The notes: generated by a model from the letters alone, not told the origin. A DNA stretch of 64,000 bases from Carcharhinus longimanus (GCA_030264375.1 JASCQW010000150.1:24832142-24896141); one strand, 5' to 3'; positions 35,981-47,838 are shown, counted from the stretch's first letter. Made by a program: numbers and translations.

Positions 35981-37064
35981 CCCACACTTGGGAGAGGCCC
36001 CTGCCAACAATGGGTCAGTGACCTTAAGTGCCTTTTAAATATGGCATCCAGATACGAAGGTGGGACATGCACCATCAAGCCCGCCCGGCACAGAATACTG
36101 CTCAAAACCCCTGGAAAAAATGTCCTGTTTTCCCATCGCCCCCACAGCTGGAAACACCCTCCGTTCCCCGACTAGGGGATTTAGTCCCATTTGGGAGAAT
36201 TCCACTCCACCTGACCTAAAATTTCACCTTCTGACCACTCTGTGTATAAAGAAATTCCTCTTAAATTATTCATGCAAACAGTTAGTGACCACCTTATATT
36301 TGGAGCCACTTGTTCTAAACTCACCCAGAAGGTGGAACAGTGTCTCAAGCTCACCCAATCAAAATGCTTGATAGTTTTAAAGATCTCTTACCAGGTCTCC
36401 TACTGGTCTTCTGTTTGCCCGAGAAAAGGCCACGCACCCCATTGAATCTTTTCCTGATCACTGCGTCGCTGTCATATGAAGCTGTTTCTATTTGTACAGT
36501 ACAATATCTTACATCATTGATCACTGCAAGTCTGCTATAATGTGGAGATTCTCCTCCCTGGGCCAACCATGTTACCTGGGTGCGAGCAGTTTAGAAAAAC
36601 CATGTGCATTATACAGAACCGCAGAGGGAGCGTACCCATTTCATGCCCATCCATCTGAATGAAGTAATTAACCTAATACACTCCTCCGTAATTAGACCAT
36701 GTCAATTCAAATTTCCTACAATTAGAAAACTTTAATGAATTTCATTAGCCAGTTTGGCTCTGTGTAAGTGATAATTGATTGTGAAATTAGTCTGCGAAAA
36801 CTGTGCATGACAAAGCCATAGGCCTTATGATTCATTAATGGGCTCTTCATTACAGAGGAAAAACCAGGTATAACACAGAATGAGGCCGTTCAGCCCATTG
36901 AGCCTCTTTTGGAAGCTCAATCCAGATTGCCTCCTTCAAGATTTTATCCCATTCTTTATTGAACGTGTATCCATCACACTATCCTCGTAACACCTTCCAA
37001 ATCCTGGTGTCTCATTGCATAAAATCTTTTTCTTGTCACCTCTGTCCTTTTGCCAAGCACCACA

Positions 37065-38205
37065 TGATAGGATTGGAGGGATGATTGCCAGAATTGCTAA
37101 TGACACAAAGATGGGCAGGAAAGTAGGTTGTGATGAGGACAGAAGGAGATTACAGAAAGATATGGATAGGTTACATGAGTGGGCAAAGATCTGGTAAATG
37201 CAGTCTAAAATAATCCCTACAGTGCAAAAGAGACCATCTTGGCCTATCGTATCTGCACTGAGTCTCTGAAACTGCATCTTAGCCAGGTCAACTCCCCACC
37301 CAGCCATCCTATCCCCATACCTCACACATCCATCTAACTTGTACATCTTTAGACTCTCTGGGCAAATTAGTATGGTCAGTCCACCTGATCTGCACATCTT
37401 TGGCCTGAGAGAGGAAACCGGAACACCCAGAGAATAATGTGAGAAAATGTGAAATTGTCCATTTTGGCGGGAAGAATAAAAATGAAGCATATTATCTCAA
37501 TGGTGAGAGACTGCAGAGCTCTGAGATGCCGAGGGATCTGGATGTCCTAGTGCATGATTCACAAATGCCTTGTATACAGACACAGCAAGTAATTAGGAAA
37601 GCTAATAGAATATTCTCATTTATTATGAGGATAATTGAATACAAAGGTAGCGAGTTTATGCTTTCATTGTACAGGGCAGTAGTGAGACCACATTTGGAGT
37701 ACTGTGCATTGCCCACATTATTTAAGAGAGGATGTAAAGGCATTAGAAGCAGTTCAAAGAAGGTTTACCAGACTCGGAGCTGGAATGGGTGGGTCGTCTT
37801 GTGACGAAAGGTTGGAAAGGCTATGTTTGTATCCTTTGGAGTTTAGAAGAGTAAGGGGTGACTTAATTGAAACAAGACCCTGAGGGGTCTTGACAGGGTG
37901 GACGTGGAGAGAATGTTTCCTTTTACAGGAGAATCTAGAATGAAGTGTCACCTACTGAAAATGGAGAGGAGGTGATTTTTTTTCAAAGGGATGTGAGTCT
38001 TTAGAACTCTCTTCCTGAAAGTCTGATGGAAGCAGAGCCTTTAAATATTTTTAAGGTGGAGATGGATAGGTTCTTGGTAAGCAAGGAGGTGAGAGGTTAC
38101 TGGAGGTAGTCGGAACGTTGATTTAGGTTACCAGCAGATCAGCCACGATCGTATTAAATGGTGGAGCAGGCTCGAGGAGCTGAATGGTCAACTCCTGCTC
38201 CTTAT
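37065..38205 (+). mobile_element. CR1 LINE RT/3' fragment interrupted by a reverse V-SINE (37208-37432)
   Basis: IARIANDTKMG..LQKDMDRLHEWAKIW, then KCEIVHFGGKN...LYRAVVRPHLEYC; tail ctcctgctcct. Confidence 0.9.
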
Positions 38206-38417
38206 CATAAGAGAGAGATTTATATAAATTTAGCATTAACCTCCTGGCTTGTACTTATAAAGCCCAGGATCCCATATATTATTAACAGCTTTGTGAAACA
38301 GTAAAGGTTTCTGCACAAATGTCCCCACGTCTCTGTCTTCTTGCACTCCATTTAGATTTGTACCTTGAATCTATAATTTCATTAATGTACTCTTCATTAC
38401 AGCAAAGTGAAGACTTT

Positions 38418-38545
38418 GGGCAGAATTTTACAGTCCATCCCACCAACGGGATTTTCTGGTCTCACCGAAGTTGATAGCATTTTGAACTGCTCGTCGTATT
38501 TTACAGCCCCGCCCCCACCGGGCAAGGCAGTAAAATCCCGAGCCG
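38418..38545. mobile_element. Short MITE
   Basis: gggcagaattttac...gtaaaatcccgagcc imperfect terminal inverted repeat. Confidence 0.55.
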
Positions 38546-39093
38546 CCATCCTGTTTGTGCTGTTCTTCCTCCAGATTGAAACCTCCTTTGTTTCAGGTCA
38601 ATAATGGGATTTTATTTTTCCCCAGAGTGCTGCTGCTTTGCAGGTTTACCGAGGCAACTTCCACCATCTGTTACCTTACTCATTTCTTGTGCAAATCTTA
38701 ATAGTGAGGGTCTGCATGCTCTGGTAACAGAAGTCCTCGAGCTTTGGCTAACATCCAGAAGTGCACGGCAGCCAGCGAAGTGCAAGGATGGTGGACTGAG
38801 GCTGGCCCCTGAAAAATGACCAGGAAGGCCCTCCAATACTGGATGCCTGGGACACTTGGCCTATTGTAGCAACTCTGGCTGAAATCCATGAACACAATAC
38901 TGCAGGAATTGATTTGTTTCAGTCGCTTATCCTGAGCATAATAATTGGAAAACCCCGAGCAGTAACCTTGCCCAAGTCAGCAGAAATTTATTTTATTGCC
39001 AATTGTACAGATTTTGTAAGTGTGGTAATGTTTCTGTTGATGCGAAATTGGGTAAGAATTATCCAGCCATGAGTTTTGTGATTTGTGATGCAG

Positions 39094-39223
39094 GGGAAAA
39101 GAAGTTCACATCTCCACTCTCCTGGGACCTGGTGGGAAAGAACATGTTCGCCATGGCAGTCCAGGGTGTGGTCTTCTTTCTGTTCACAATTCTCCTGCAG
39201 TACAAGTTCTTCATCAAAATAAG
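39094..39223 (+). CDS. ABCA7: ABCA1/7-like exon (130 bp), last TM helix
   Basis: tgcag|GG...ATAAG|gtgagg; [43 protein letters not shown]. Confidence 0.96.
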
Positions 39224-39746
39224 GTGAGGCGTTCTGCTGACGGCTTCCACTTTGACTGCAGCAGCTTTTTTTTCTTTAGGAAAGTGATTTATAATCAATA
39301 AGTGACTGTGGTTCTATTTTATAATGCTAAGCTTCATCCTCTGGTCGAGTGTATGTTGTAATTGTGTATTAGTAAACTGTAACAATGGGTTAAACTTCAA
39401 CCTTTCAACTTTAGGGTCTGGATTCTCACCCAGTCCTGATTGGTGGTATAAAAGTCTGTCTTGGTTGTGAGGATTCTATCTAACGCGAGTGTGGACGATC
39501 TCAGTCCAATTCCTCGTGAGAATGGACATACGATACAAAACTCTTCCCCATTCAGAAGGATCGTTTGTATTCATTATTGTCCCATGACATTTTCTGTTAA
39601 TTATAACTTATTGCAGGGTTACTGATAAAATACTTCTGCACATGTTGCTATGAATTCAATTACACATTGCAGCATTGCTGCCTCCTGAATCTCCTTCAGG
39701 AGTTGTGAGGTTTTGGGTACAGGAGTAGTGAAGTCTTGCTTCAATT

Positions 39747-40536
39747 TGTTAAGACCCAGGCCAGAAACTCCAAGGTGTTTACATGAAATTAGCCTAGACC
39801 CTAAGTTTTCCATTTGGTTTTGACATTGGTGAGTATAAGGTGTTTCACTTCAGGTATGATTCGAGCGACCCAGTAGGAAGCTTTTATCAAACAATGTTTA
39901 TTTAAGACCACAGTTAAAGTATAACAAAAAGAATTAGCACAACTTTTGCCCATTACAGGATTTAACATGACAAAGAACAACTCCTAGCAGCTAGCTATCT
40001 CTGTTGTTCCAATGTAGAGCAATATCCCACAGGTGATACCCCCTTCTCTGCATTTAATTAGCACAAAAACAAGTATGCTCACATGATGCTGGATCTTTAG
40101 CTTTATAACAGCCATGGACAGACATCCAAGCCAGCTGTTTTTGGAGAAAGATATATCTTCAAAACAGCACAACCTCAGAGAGGTAAACCCCAGTCTGTGG
40201 CAGCTTTCAACATAGCAACACTTAAACAGCAAAAACTCCAACTCCAGAAAGAGAAAAATACTGTTGCTTCTTTCAACTTCAAGCTGCTTCTGAAAACGAA
40301 ACTACAACTGGGATGTTCTGTGAAAAATGGCTGTCTCCTAGCATATCATCTGACCTGTCAATTATCCCAAATCAAGCTCTGCTCTGCAGTCCCAGGGCAA
40401 CATTAAAACTACAGAATGCAGCATTAATTCAGGTTAAAATCTAAAGGACACCAGCTGCAGACAACACTCTGCCGACGAAACATCCTACAGAGAAACATGA
40501 TTAAAATGCATTTCTTAAAGACACAGTGTGAGCACA
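39747..40536 (-). mobile_element. Solo LTR (TG...CA) with a 4-bp TSD AATT, inserted in a CR1 fragment
   Basis: aatt|tgttaagacc...gtgagcaca|aatt; the flanks rejoin as CR1 ORF2 (YRSSEVLLQLYRSLVKLHLEY); homologous truncated copy at 31694-31986. Confidence 0.8.
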
Positions 40537-40910
40537 AATTGTATAGAAGCTTGGTGAAACTTCACCTGGAGTACAATGTGCAATTTTGGCCCCCTTAACT
40601 CGAGGGATATTATTGCCATGAAGGAAATGCAAAAAAGGTTCACCAGATTTGCTCCGGCCATGGTGGGACGGTATTATGAAGAGAGATTGGGAAAACTGGG
40701 CCTATCTTCCCTAGAGTTTCAAAGATCGAGGGGTGGTCTCATTGAAATCTAGAAAATACTTCAAGGAGTCAGCAGGGTAGATGCAGGTTCCACGTTTTCC
40801 TTAATTTGGGAGCCTAGAACCAATTTCACAATAAGGGGAAAGCCACTCAGAATGGAGCTGGGAGGAATTTATTTTACACAAGAGGGTTGTGGATCTTAGG
40901 AATTCTCTCA
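40537..40910 (+). mobile_element. CR1 LINE 3' fragment
   Basis: LYRSLVKLHLEYNVQFWPP...gagggttgtggatcttaggaattctct. Confidence 0.8.
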
Positions 40911-41219
40911 ACACAGTGGAACAGTGGTTAGCACTGCTGCCTCACAGCACCAGGGACCCAGGTTCAATTCCCCCTGTGGTTTATTGTCTGTGTGGAGTTT
41001 ACAATACCAGGGTAAAGTCTAACCAGTTTATTTGACAGTAAACCCACAAGCTTTCGGAAACGCTGGTCCTTCACCAGGATTAATAATCAGTATTCTGTAA
41101 ATTGTGCCTTTATATGCNNNNNNNNNNNNNNNNNNNNNNNNNNNNNNNNNNNNNNNNNNNNNNNNNNNNNNNNNNNNNNNNNNNNNNNNNNNNNNNNNNN
41201 NNNNNNNNNNNNNNNNNCA

Positions 41220-42230
41220 GAGTTGATGTTTATCACAGTGAACACCGAAGACTGTACAGACACAGTGATATCAACAGAATCCTTTTCCGTCACCCAGACT
41301 GTATATTCACAGAGGAAAGATATACATACCGTGTATGCAAAACTGGATACAGATGCAAATGTCCTTCCAATTCACACATTCAAATGTATGTACTCTCAGA
41401 GATGGGACTGATGTTTCAAGCAATCAGTGTCAAACGTGCTGCACCTTGTCTTGACGCTGTTTGGTACTGGCTCTTGGTAGTTGGGAATGCTGAACCGGTT
41501 TGGTACATGGCTGTAGCTTTCCATGGGATTGAGCCACTTGTTTTGGCCGTTGTTTTCTTCACTGGTACTTCTCTGGTGTCACGTGCCTCGCACATATTCT
41601 GGAAAGCTGTGCTTTTTCTGGGTGCTGTATGAGGCCGCACCACCAACACTGCTTACCAGGCCGGCATGTGTGGCCATAGTGCTCACTGTGGATAAATTAC
41701 GCATAGACACTGTTTATCCATTTGGTGCGGCTCTATGCTTGCATCCAATTTTAGTGGTGATTCCACAGTGAAGCTTTTGTTGTTAGTCCAGGAGGTCTTT
41801 TGGAACACTTTCACTGCTATCACAAGCTCAAATACTGTGTTGACCAGTTCTGCTATCATAAAGTCCTAATCATACCCCCTCATCTCTGCATCTACTAATG
41901 AATTGGTTAACGTCTCTGAGGATTATTGCCTAAAGGACATGAATTCCAGACGATGTATCCTGAAACTGAGCTTCACTCTCGAGTGTTGACCGTACTTTTC
42001 CAGGATCCTTAACTTGGCCGTTGGACAGACCCGACCCAACGTTCTCAGTCCGTGGACTCCATCACCTGCAGCTATTTCAGTTTTGATAGCTTGGTTAATT
42101 GATTCAGAAATAATGAGACACTGTTTGCCAATTGTCAGAACAAAATGAGTTCAGATAGGAGATCCAATGGAATGCTGGAAATTTTGTGGTCAGCGTTTTG
42201 CAGGATTTTTAATGATATCTGGGGCTGTGG
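41220..42230. mobile_element. Degenerate Gypsy-type LTR retrotransposon relic: protease-like segment (+, 41220-41435) and gag-like segment (-, 41440-42230)
   Basis: Plus strand AKLDTDANVLP (cf. retroelement protease K-x-DTGA-x-xNxLP); minus strand RVKLSFRIHRLEFMSFRQ* and ELVIA resemble fish/shark Gypsy gag as I recall it. Confidence 0.55.
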
Positions 42231-43224
42231 GCAGTCACGCAAGTTTCCTCCAGCTGTAAGAGTTAATTTAGCTGATTTCCCGTAACAGTGTTAGTGACTG
42301 TTCCCTTAATTGGTCATAGACCACAGTGGTAGCGCTACAAAATTCTTCAATTGTTCCCGCGTTTAGCTTGAAGCTCTGCCCACATAGCAGTGATTCAAAT
42401 GGGGAAAATGGCTTCAAAAATGAAAGCAGACAGTGAAAAAATCCTGGACAGTGACTCCATCCAGCTGTTTGGAGTTGTTAGTGGATGGAGCTTTCTTCCC
42501 AAACACTCTGTATTATTTAACAAGTTTTCACAGTAACTTCATTGCAGTATTAATGTAAGCCTACTTGTGTAAATGAACTTGAAACTTAAGTTCTTTAGCA
42601 GCGATGAATTCTCCTGTAAATTCATCGAGACACCCTCCTGAATCTGCTCCTGCTTAAACTTTGAAACAGACTTTTACTAACAAAGCTCTCCCAGTTTTGA
42701 TCAACCAGAACCCTACACCTGCTGTCTGGAGCAAGGTGTGATCCCAGAATGGGGCAGTACAGTGTGTACATCCCTACAAATCTGCAGAATCCGTACACGG
42801 TGAGCTTTATTCATTGTTTTATTATCACACCAACTGTGAAGATTTGAAGCTTTTACATTTCCTGCAGTCAAATCTTCAAAATGCATGTCTCCAGCCTGTT
42901 AATATCTTCTCTCTGATGTAACTCTACCAGTCAAACACAAGGATCAGTGAAACAGTAATGTTAGTTCAGTGTTTGAAGATGAGATTATTTATGGGGAGGA
43001 TATTCGCTGGGAGGCTGTGAGGCACATATCTAACCTCAACCACTGCTGCTTACAGACAGACTGCAAGTCATGGGGATTAATACATCATATCTTAAAAACA
43101 TATGAATGAAAATGAGAGTTAGAAATGGCAGTTGGCCACTTGGCCCCTCGAGCCTGATCCATCATTCGATAAGATCATGGCTGGCCTGATTGTAAAGTCA
43201 ACAGCACATTTCTGCTTAATATCA

Positions 43225-43635
43225 TAGGAAACTACAAAGGGTCATGAATGAAGCCCAGTCCATCACACAAACCAATCTCCCATCCACTGACTCCATCTAC
43301 ATTTCCCGCTGCTTCAGAAAAACAGCCAGCGTAATTGAGGACCCCATGCAGTCCGGACATTCTCTTCCTCCTCCTCCCATTGGGCAAAAGAATACAAAAG
43401 TCTGAGGACATGTACCAATCGACTCAAGAACAGCTTCCCGGCTGCCATCAGACTTTTGAATGGACCTACCTCGCATTTAGTTGATCTTTCTCTACACCCT
43501 CGCTATGACTTTAACATCACATTCTGCACTCTCTCCTTTCCTTCTCTATGAATGGTATGCTTTGTCTGTATAGTGCATAAGAAACAATACTTTTCACTGT
43601 ACGCTAATAAATGTGACAATAATAAATCAAATCAA
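43225..43635 (+). mobile_element. Rex1/Babar LINE 3' fragment
   Basis: KLQRVMNEAQSITQTNLPS..SIY...IEDP..GHSL..LLP.G.R(Y)KSLRTCTNRLKNSF..AIRLLN; tail tgtgacaataataaatcaaatcaaa. Confidence 0.8.
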
Positions 43636-44504
43636 AGGCCAGAAAGATAGGACAAAAGTTCTCCCACGCGCTGGTGAAACAGTCCTCAGTGAAATGACCC
43701 AATTCCTAATGGATATTACTAGACTGAAACCAGGTGCCTGTAATTGTCAATGTTACTGAAAAGGGGCAGAAAGCACATTTGAAATAAAAGGTCAGTTGAG
43801 ATTGAAATCAAGGTACGCTGTCAAAACAGGACACGTGCAGTTCTATAACCGCATCTGGCCACATTTATGATGTGCTTGAAAATATTTTCATCCTGATGAA
43901 CAACATAAAAATGCACTGCTTACCAACTACTGTCTGAACAATAAACATTCCACCATCCCCTGCCTCCCCCACACTTCCCTCATCCCAAGCTTTCTTCTCT
44001 TCCTGACTGCCACCTCTCACCCCATCAACCTTCTCAAGAACTGTATGAGCCTAGTGCTGGATGCAGGCAGATTATATATCACTTCTCATACATTCAGACA
44101 CAGCAGACATTTTAACTGATCACCATAAATCAAGGCAACATTTTCTACATTAATACATACTTGTGATCCACCCTGTGGCTGCATGGGCTGCGATACTGAA
44201 ATACGCTCCCATCTCTTCTGGGATAATTCTTCTGACAGTCGTCTGTAAAACTTTAATAGCAATGTTAAACATTGATGGTGGTTGCTGATTACTACCATTT
44301 CGCGAACACTATCCTCAGATACCTGATGGCAACTTACAATTTAAACTATGCAATAACAAAATTACAACTTGTATTTGTGATGTGCTTTAAACAGAGTCAA
44401 ACAGAATGTGCTTAAATTACAGCACATTCAAGGGTTTGAATATGCCTTATAAAGCTCTCATGAAATTTTAACAGTATATAAACTACATGATCCGAGAATC
44501 AAAT

Positions 44505-44990
44505 CCTAGAAAGGATATTATTAAACTAGAAAGAGTACTGAAAAGATTTACTAGGATGCTACCGGGACTTGATGGCATGAGTTATAAAAAGCTGGATAGA
44601 CTGGGACATTTTTCTCTGGAGCGTGGAAGGCTTAGGGGTGAACTTATAGAGGTCTGTAAAATAGTGAGGGGCACAGATCAGCGAGATAGTCAATATCTTT
44701 TCCCAAAGGTAGGGGAGTCTAAAACTAGAGGGCATAGGTTTAAGGTGAGGGGGGCAATTTTTTCACACAGAGGGTGGTGAGTGTCTGGAACAAGCTGTCA
44801 GAAGAGGCGGGTACAATTTTATCTTTTAAAAAGCATTTAGATAATTACATGAGTACGAATGGGTATAGATGGATATTAGCCAAATGCGGGCAACTGGGAT
44901 TAGTTTAGGGATTTAAAAAAAAATAAGGGTGGCATGGACAAGTTGGGCCCAAGGGCCTGTTTCCATGCTGTAAACCTCTATGACTATGAC
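44505..44990 (+). mobile_element. CR1 LINE 3' fragment
   Basis: RKDIIKLERVLKRFTRMLPGL...FSLERGRLRGELIEV; tail ctgtaaacctctatgactatgac. Confidence 0.9.
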
Positions 44991-44991
44991 A

Positions 44992-45390
44992 CTATGAAGT
45001 TACTGTGAAAATCCCCTAATTGCCACAATCTGGCCTGTTCGGATACACTGAGGGAGAATTTAGCATGTCTTTCGGACTGTGGGAGGAAACTGGAACACCC
45101 GGAAGAACCCATGCAGACATGGGGAGAACATGCAAATTCTGTACAGGGAGTGACCAAAACCGGGAATCGAACCTGGGTCCCTGGAGTTGTGAGACAGTTG
45201 TGCTAACCATTGTGCCACTATGTGGTGGTGCTTGAAGGGATGGATAGGTAGAGTGTTTGGAGGCTTGTGTCCTTGGGGGACTGGCTAGAGTAAATGCATG
45301 GAGTTATGGGGATAGGGCCTGGGTGGGATTGTAGTAGGTGCGGACTCGATGGGCTAAATGGCCTCATTCTACACTGTTGGATTTTATGAT
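44992..45390. mobile_element. V-SINE (-, 44992-45218) followed by a V-SINE 3' part (+, 45240-45390)
   Basis: V-domain on the minus strand, then a CR1-type tail on the plus strand. Confidence 0.75.
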
Positions 45391-45865
45391 TGTACGCTTC
45401 CTCTGATGCCTCCATTTTACTTCTGCACCTTCCTGACAAAGTCTCTCGGTGTGTTCAGTGCCTTCCCAAGTAAACCTTCTCAAACTGCGGTCGATCACAA
45501 ACCAGGGTCTCCCATGAGTCAGGAGGTATGTTTGATCTCTTTGGGTAGACAGACCTAAAGCATTTCTGCCCTTCTCCTGGGAGTCTCCTATCACAACCAA
45601 GTTCCAAGTAGAGCAGTAGCCGTTGGGAATCTGGTCATTGGCTGTGCCTTGGTTCAAGGATGACGTTTACTCTGGGCTGTGAGTCTCTGCCCTGGGCCTT
45701 CATGTGGCTGAACAGGATGTCCAATGAGATAGTGGGATCCTGGTTACAGGATTTGCTTCTTTCTCTTCCCCCCTCTGCTGCCTCTCTGCTTCATCACTGA
45801 GAAATTTGGACTCAAAGCAAGATATAGTTTGTTGGACAAGTTGGAGCAACCCCTGTCATTAATAT

Positions 45866-46295
45866 CAGTAAGAAGTCTCACAACACCAGGTTAAAGTCCA
45901 ACCGGTTTATTTGATAGTAAATCCACAAGCTTTCGGAAACGCTGTTCCTTTGTCAGGTGTGTGGAAGGTCTTGATCAGAGAAGGGCATATAAAGGCACAC
46001 ACAGTTTACAGAATACTGATTCTTTACAACTAACCTGCTATTCAAGACATTGTCTGCACCTTTAAGACTTGAATAGCAAATTAGCTGGAAAGACTTGCAT
46101 TCTAATCAGTATTCTGTAAACTGTGTGTGCCTTTATATTCCCTTCTCTGATCAGAACCTTTCACACACCTGATGAAGGAACAGCATTTCCGAAAGCTTGT
46201 GGGTTTACTATCAAATAAACTGGTTGGACTTTAACCTGATGTTGTGAGACTTCTTACTGTGTTTACCCCAGTCCAACAGCGGCATCTCCATATCA
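45866..46295. mobile_element. Hairpin Penelope-like element: 155-bp inverted arms (45866-46020, 46105-46259) plus a 3' extension
   Basis: The arms are near-perfect reverse complements; the terminus ccccagtccaacagcggcatctccatatca matches the terminus of the ORF-bearing PLE fragment at 21440-21877. Confidence 0.85.
46166..46201 (+). ncRNA. Minimal type I hammerhead ribozyme motif (PLE-associated)
   Basis: CAC-CUGAUGA-A-GGAA(cagcau)UUCC-GAAA-GCUU-GUG: intact core boxes, stem I CAC/GUG, stem II GGAA/UUCC, palindromic AAGCUU helix III. Confidence 0.65.
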
Positions 46296-46891
46296 TGTGT
46301 GGAGTTTATACATTCTCCCCGTGTCTGTGTGGGTTTCCTCCGGGTGCTCCGGTTTCCTCCCACACTCCAAAGATGGACTAGTTAGGTGGATTGGCCGTGC
46401 TAAATTGCCTCCTGAGTGTCCCATGAAGTGTAGATTAGGTGGATTAGCCATAGTAAATGTGTAGGATTACAGAGCTAGGGTAGGTGTGAGGGTCTGGGTA
46501 AAATGCTCTGTCAGGGAGTCAGTGCAGACTCGATGGGCCGAATGGTTTCTGTGAAGCTCCCCCAGTGTGATAGTAAATGAACTGAGCTGGGTCAGCTCAT
46601 CAGCCAGTTCAATTCGGAGTGAGTGCCTGCACACACTGGGTTGGATCGGGGGCCGTGCACCAGTTTTTATTTTGAAAGAAATTTTTTTTTTAATCCAGAG
46701 GAGGACTCTACAACCCAATGCCTCTGCAAATCCGAATTGTCTTGATCTCCAAATCAGTCATCGATGGGTTGAAAGGAAACTAGAGGCAACATCCAGTAGA
46801 TACTGCAGGGGCGAGCGTTGGGGGAACAATGCACAGAGCCAGATTGACATCACCTCCCCAAACCCAGGGGTCAATGTAAAATTGTCTGGAT

Positions 46892-46972
46892 GGCCTCACC
46901 GCCGGGGTCCCCGGATCCGGCCTCACCGCCGGGGTCCCCGGATCCGGCCTCACCGCCGGGGTCCCCGGATCC
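46892..46972. repeat. Perfect 27-bp GC-rich tandem repeat x3 (ggcctcaccgccggggtccccggatcc)
   Basis: Directly visible. Confidence 0.97.
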
Positions 46973-47044
46973 AGAAAACAAGAGATTTTGGTTGAATGTC
47001 CTGATTGTTTTACAGCAAACTAACACACTGCTGTCCCTCCACAG

Positions 47045-47165
47045 GCCTTTATCTTTAAAACTTCCACCATTGGGATCAGAAGATGAGGATGTAGCCAGAG
47101 AGAGACAAAAGGTCCTGTATGGTGGAAGTGAAGGTGACATTCTAGTCATCAAGGATCTCACCAAG
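47045..47165 (+). CDS. ABCA7: ABCA1/7-like exon (121 bp), linker into NBD2
   Basis: cacag|G...AAG|gtaaga; [40 protein letters not shown]. Confidence 0.95.
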
Positions 47166-47775
47166 GTAAGAGTTCCCAGTTTGTGGACTAAGTTCTCTGG
47201 GTAATTATGATGGTAACAGATTGACCACGGTGACTTAGAGAATAACGTTCATTCTCAGAAATGCAAGTCCGAGCTTTCTCAGTTGGCAGTTACTGTTGGT
47301 ACTGAGACAAACAGAGCCACGAGTCTCTGGGTTAGGTGGATTGATTGTGCAAAATTGCTCCTTAATGTCCCAAGATGTATAGGTTAGATGAATTAGACGA
47401 GGGAAATGTGTGGGTTTACAGGGATAGAGTGAGGGAGAGAGCCTGGTTTTAAAAAAAAAAACCAGGCCATGCTACAATACTGGGCTGTGCTGCTGAGCAT
47501 AGACAAGGCAGCCGAGCTCTCTAATGGCGTCGGGAAGGCTAGAACACTGGGCTTCTCACTCTGCTGCAGCTAACCTCACAAGCCACTTAAACTTGAAAGA
47601 TGAGGACAGCTCCATCTAGACAGCAATGGATCGCTCACCTAGTACTCCGTGCTCTGCCAACCTGTGCATAGTCTCTCCCGATTTGTTTTGAGGGAATACT
47701 AGGGGTTAGACTTTTGTAAAACATATGAAGCCACTGCCCTTACCTAACTATAAATCAATTCACTTGGCCTCTCAG

Positions 47776-47838
47776 GTTTACAGAAGAAAGAAGAAACCAG
47801 CCGTAGACCGATTGTGTGTGGGAATTCCCCCAGGGGAG
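47776..47838 (+). CDS. ABCA7: ABCA1/7-like exon (63 bp), NBD2
   Basis: ctcag|GTT...GAG|gtgagc; [21 protein letters not shown]. Confidence 0.95.

Larger units (their letters stand above)
40911..46548 (+). mobile_element. V-SINE split into 40911-41001 and 46296-46548 by a 5.3-kb insertion
   Basis: The 5' half ends ..gtctgtgtggagttta; the 3' half begins tgtgtggagtttatacattctccccgtg and runs to a CR1-type tail. Confidence 0.75.

Noticed and set aside
46567-47164. Overlapping ORFs with 9-aa repeats ([27 protein letters not shown])
   Set aside because: These are translations of the intronic 27-bp tandem repeat; the true exon starts at the AG at 47043-47044.
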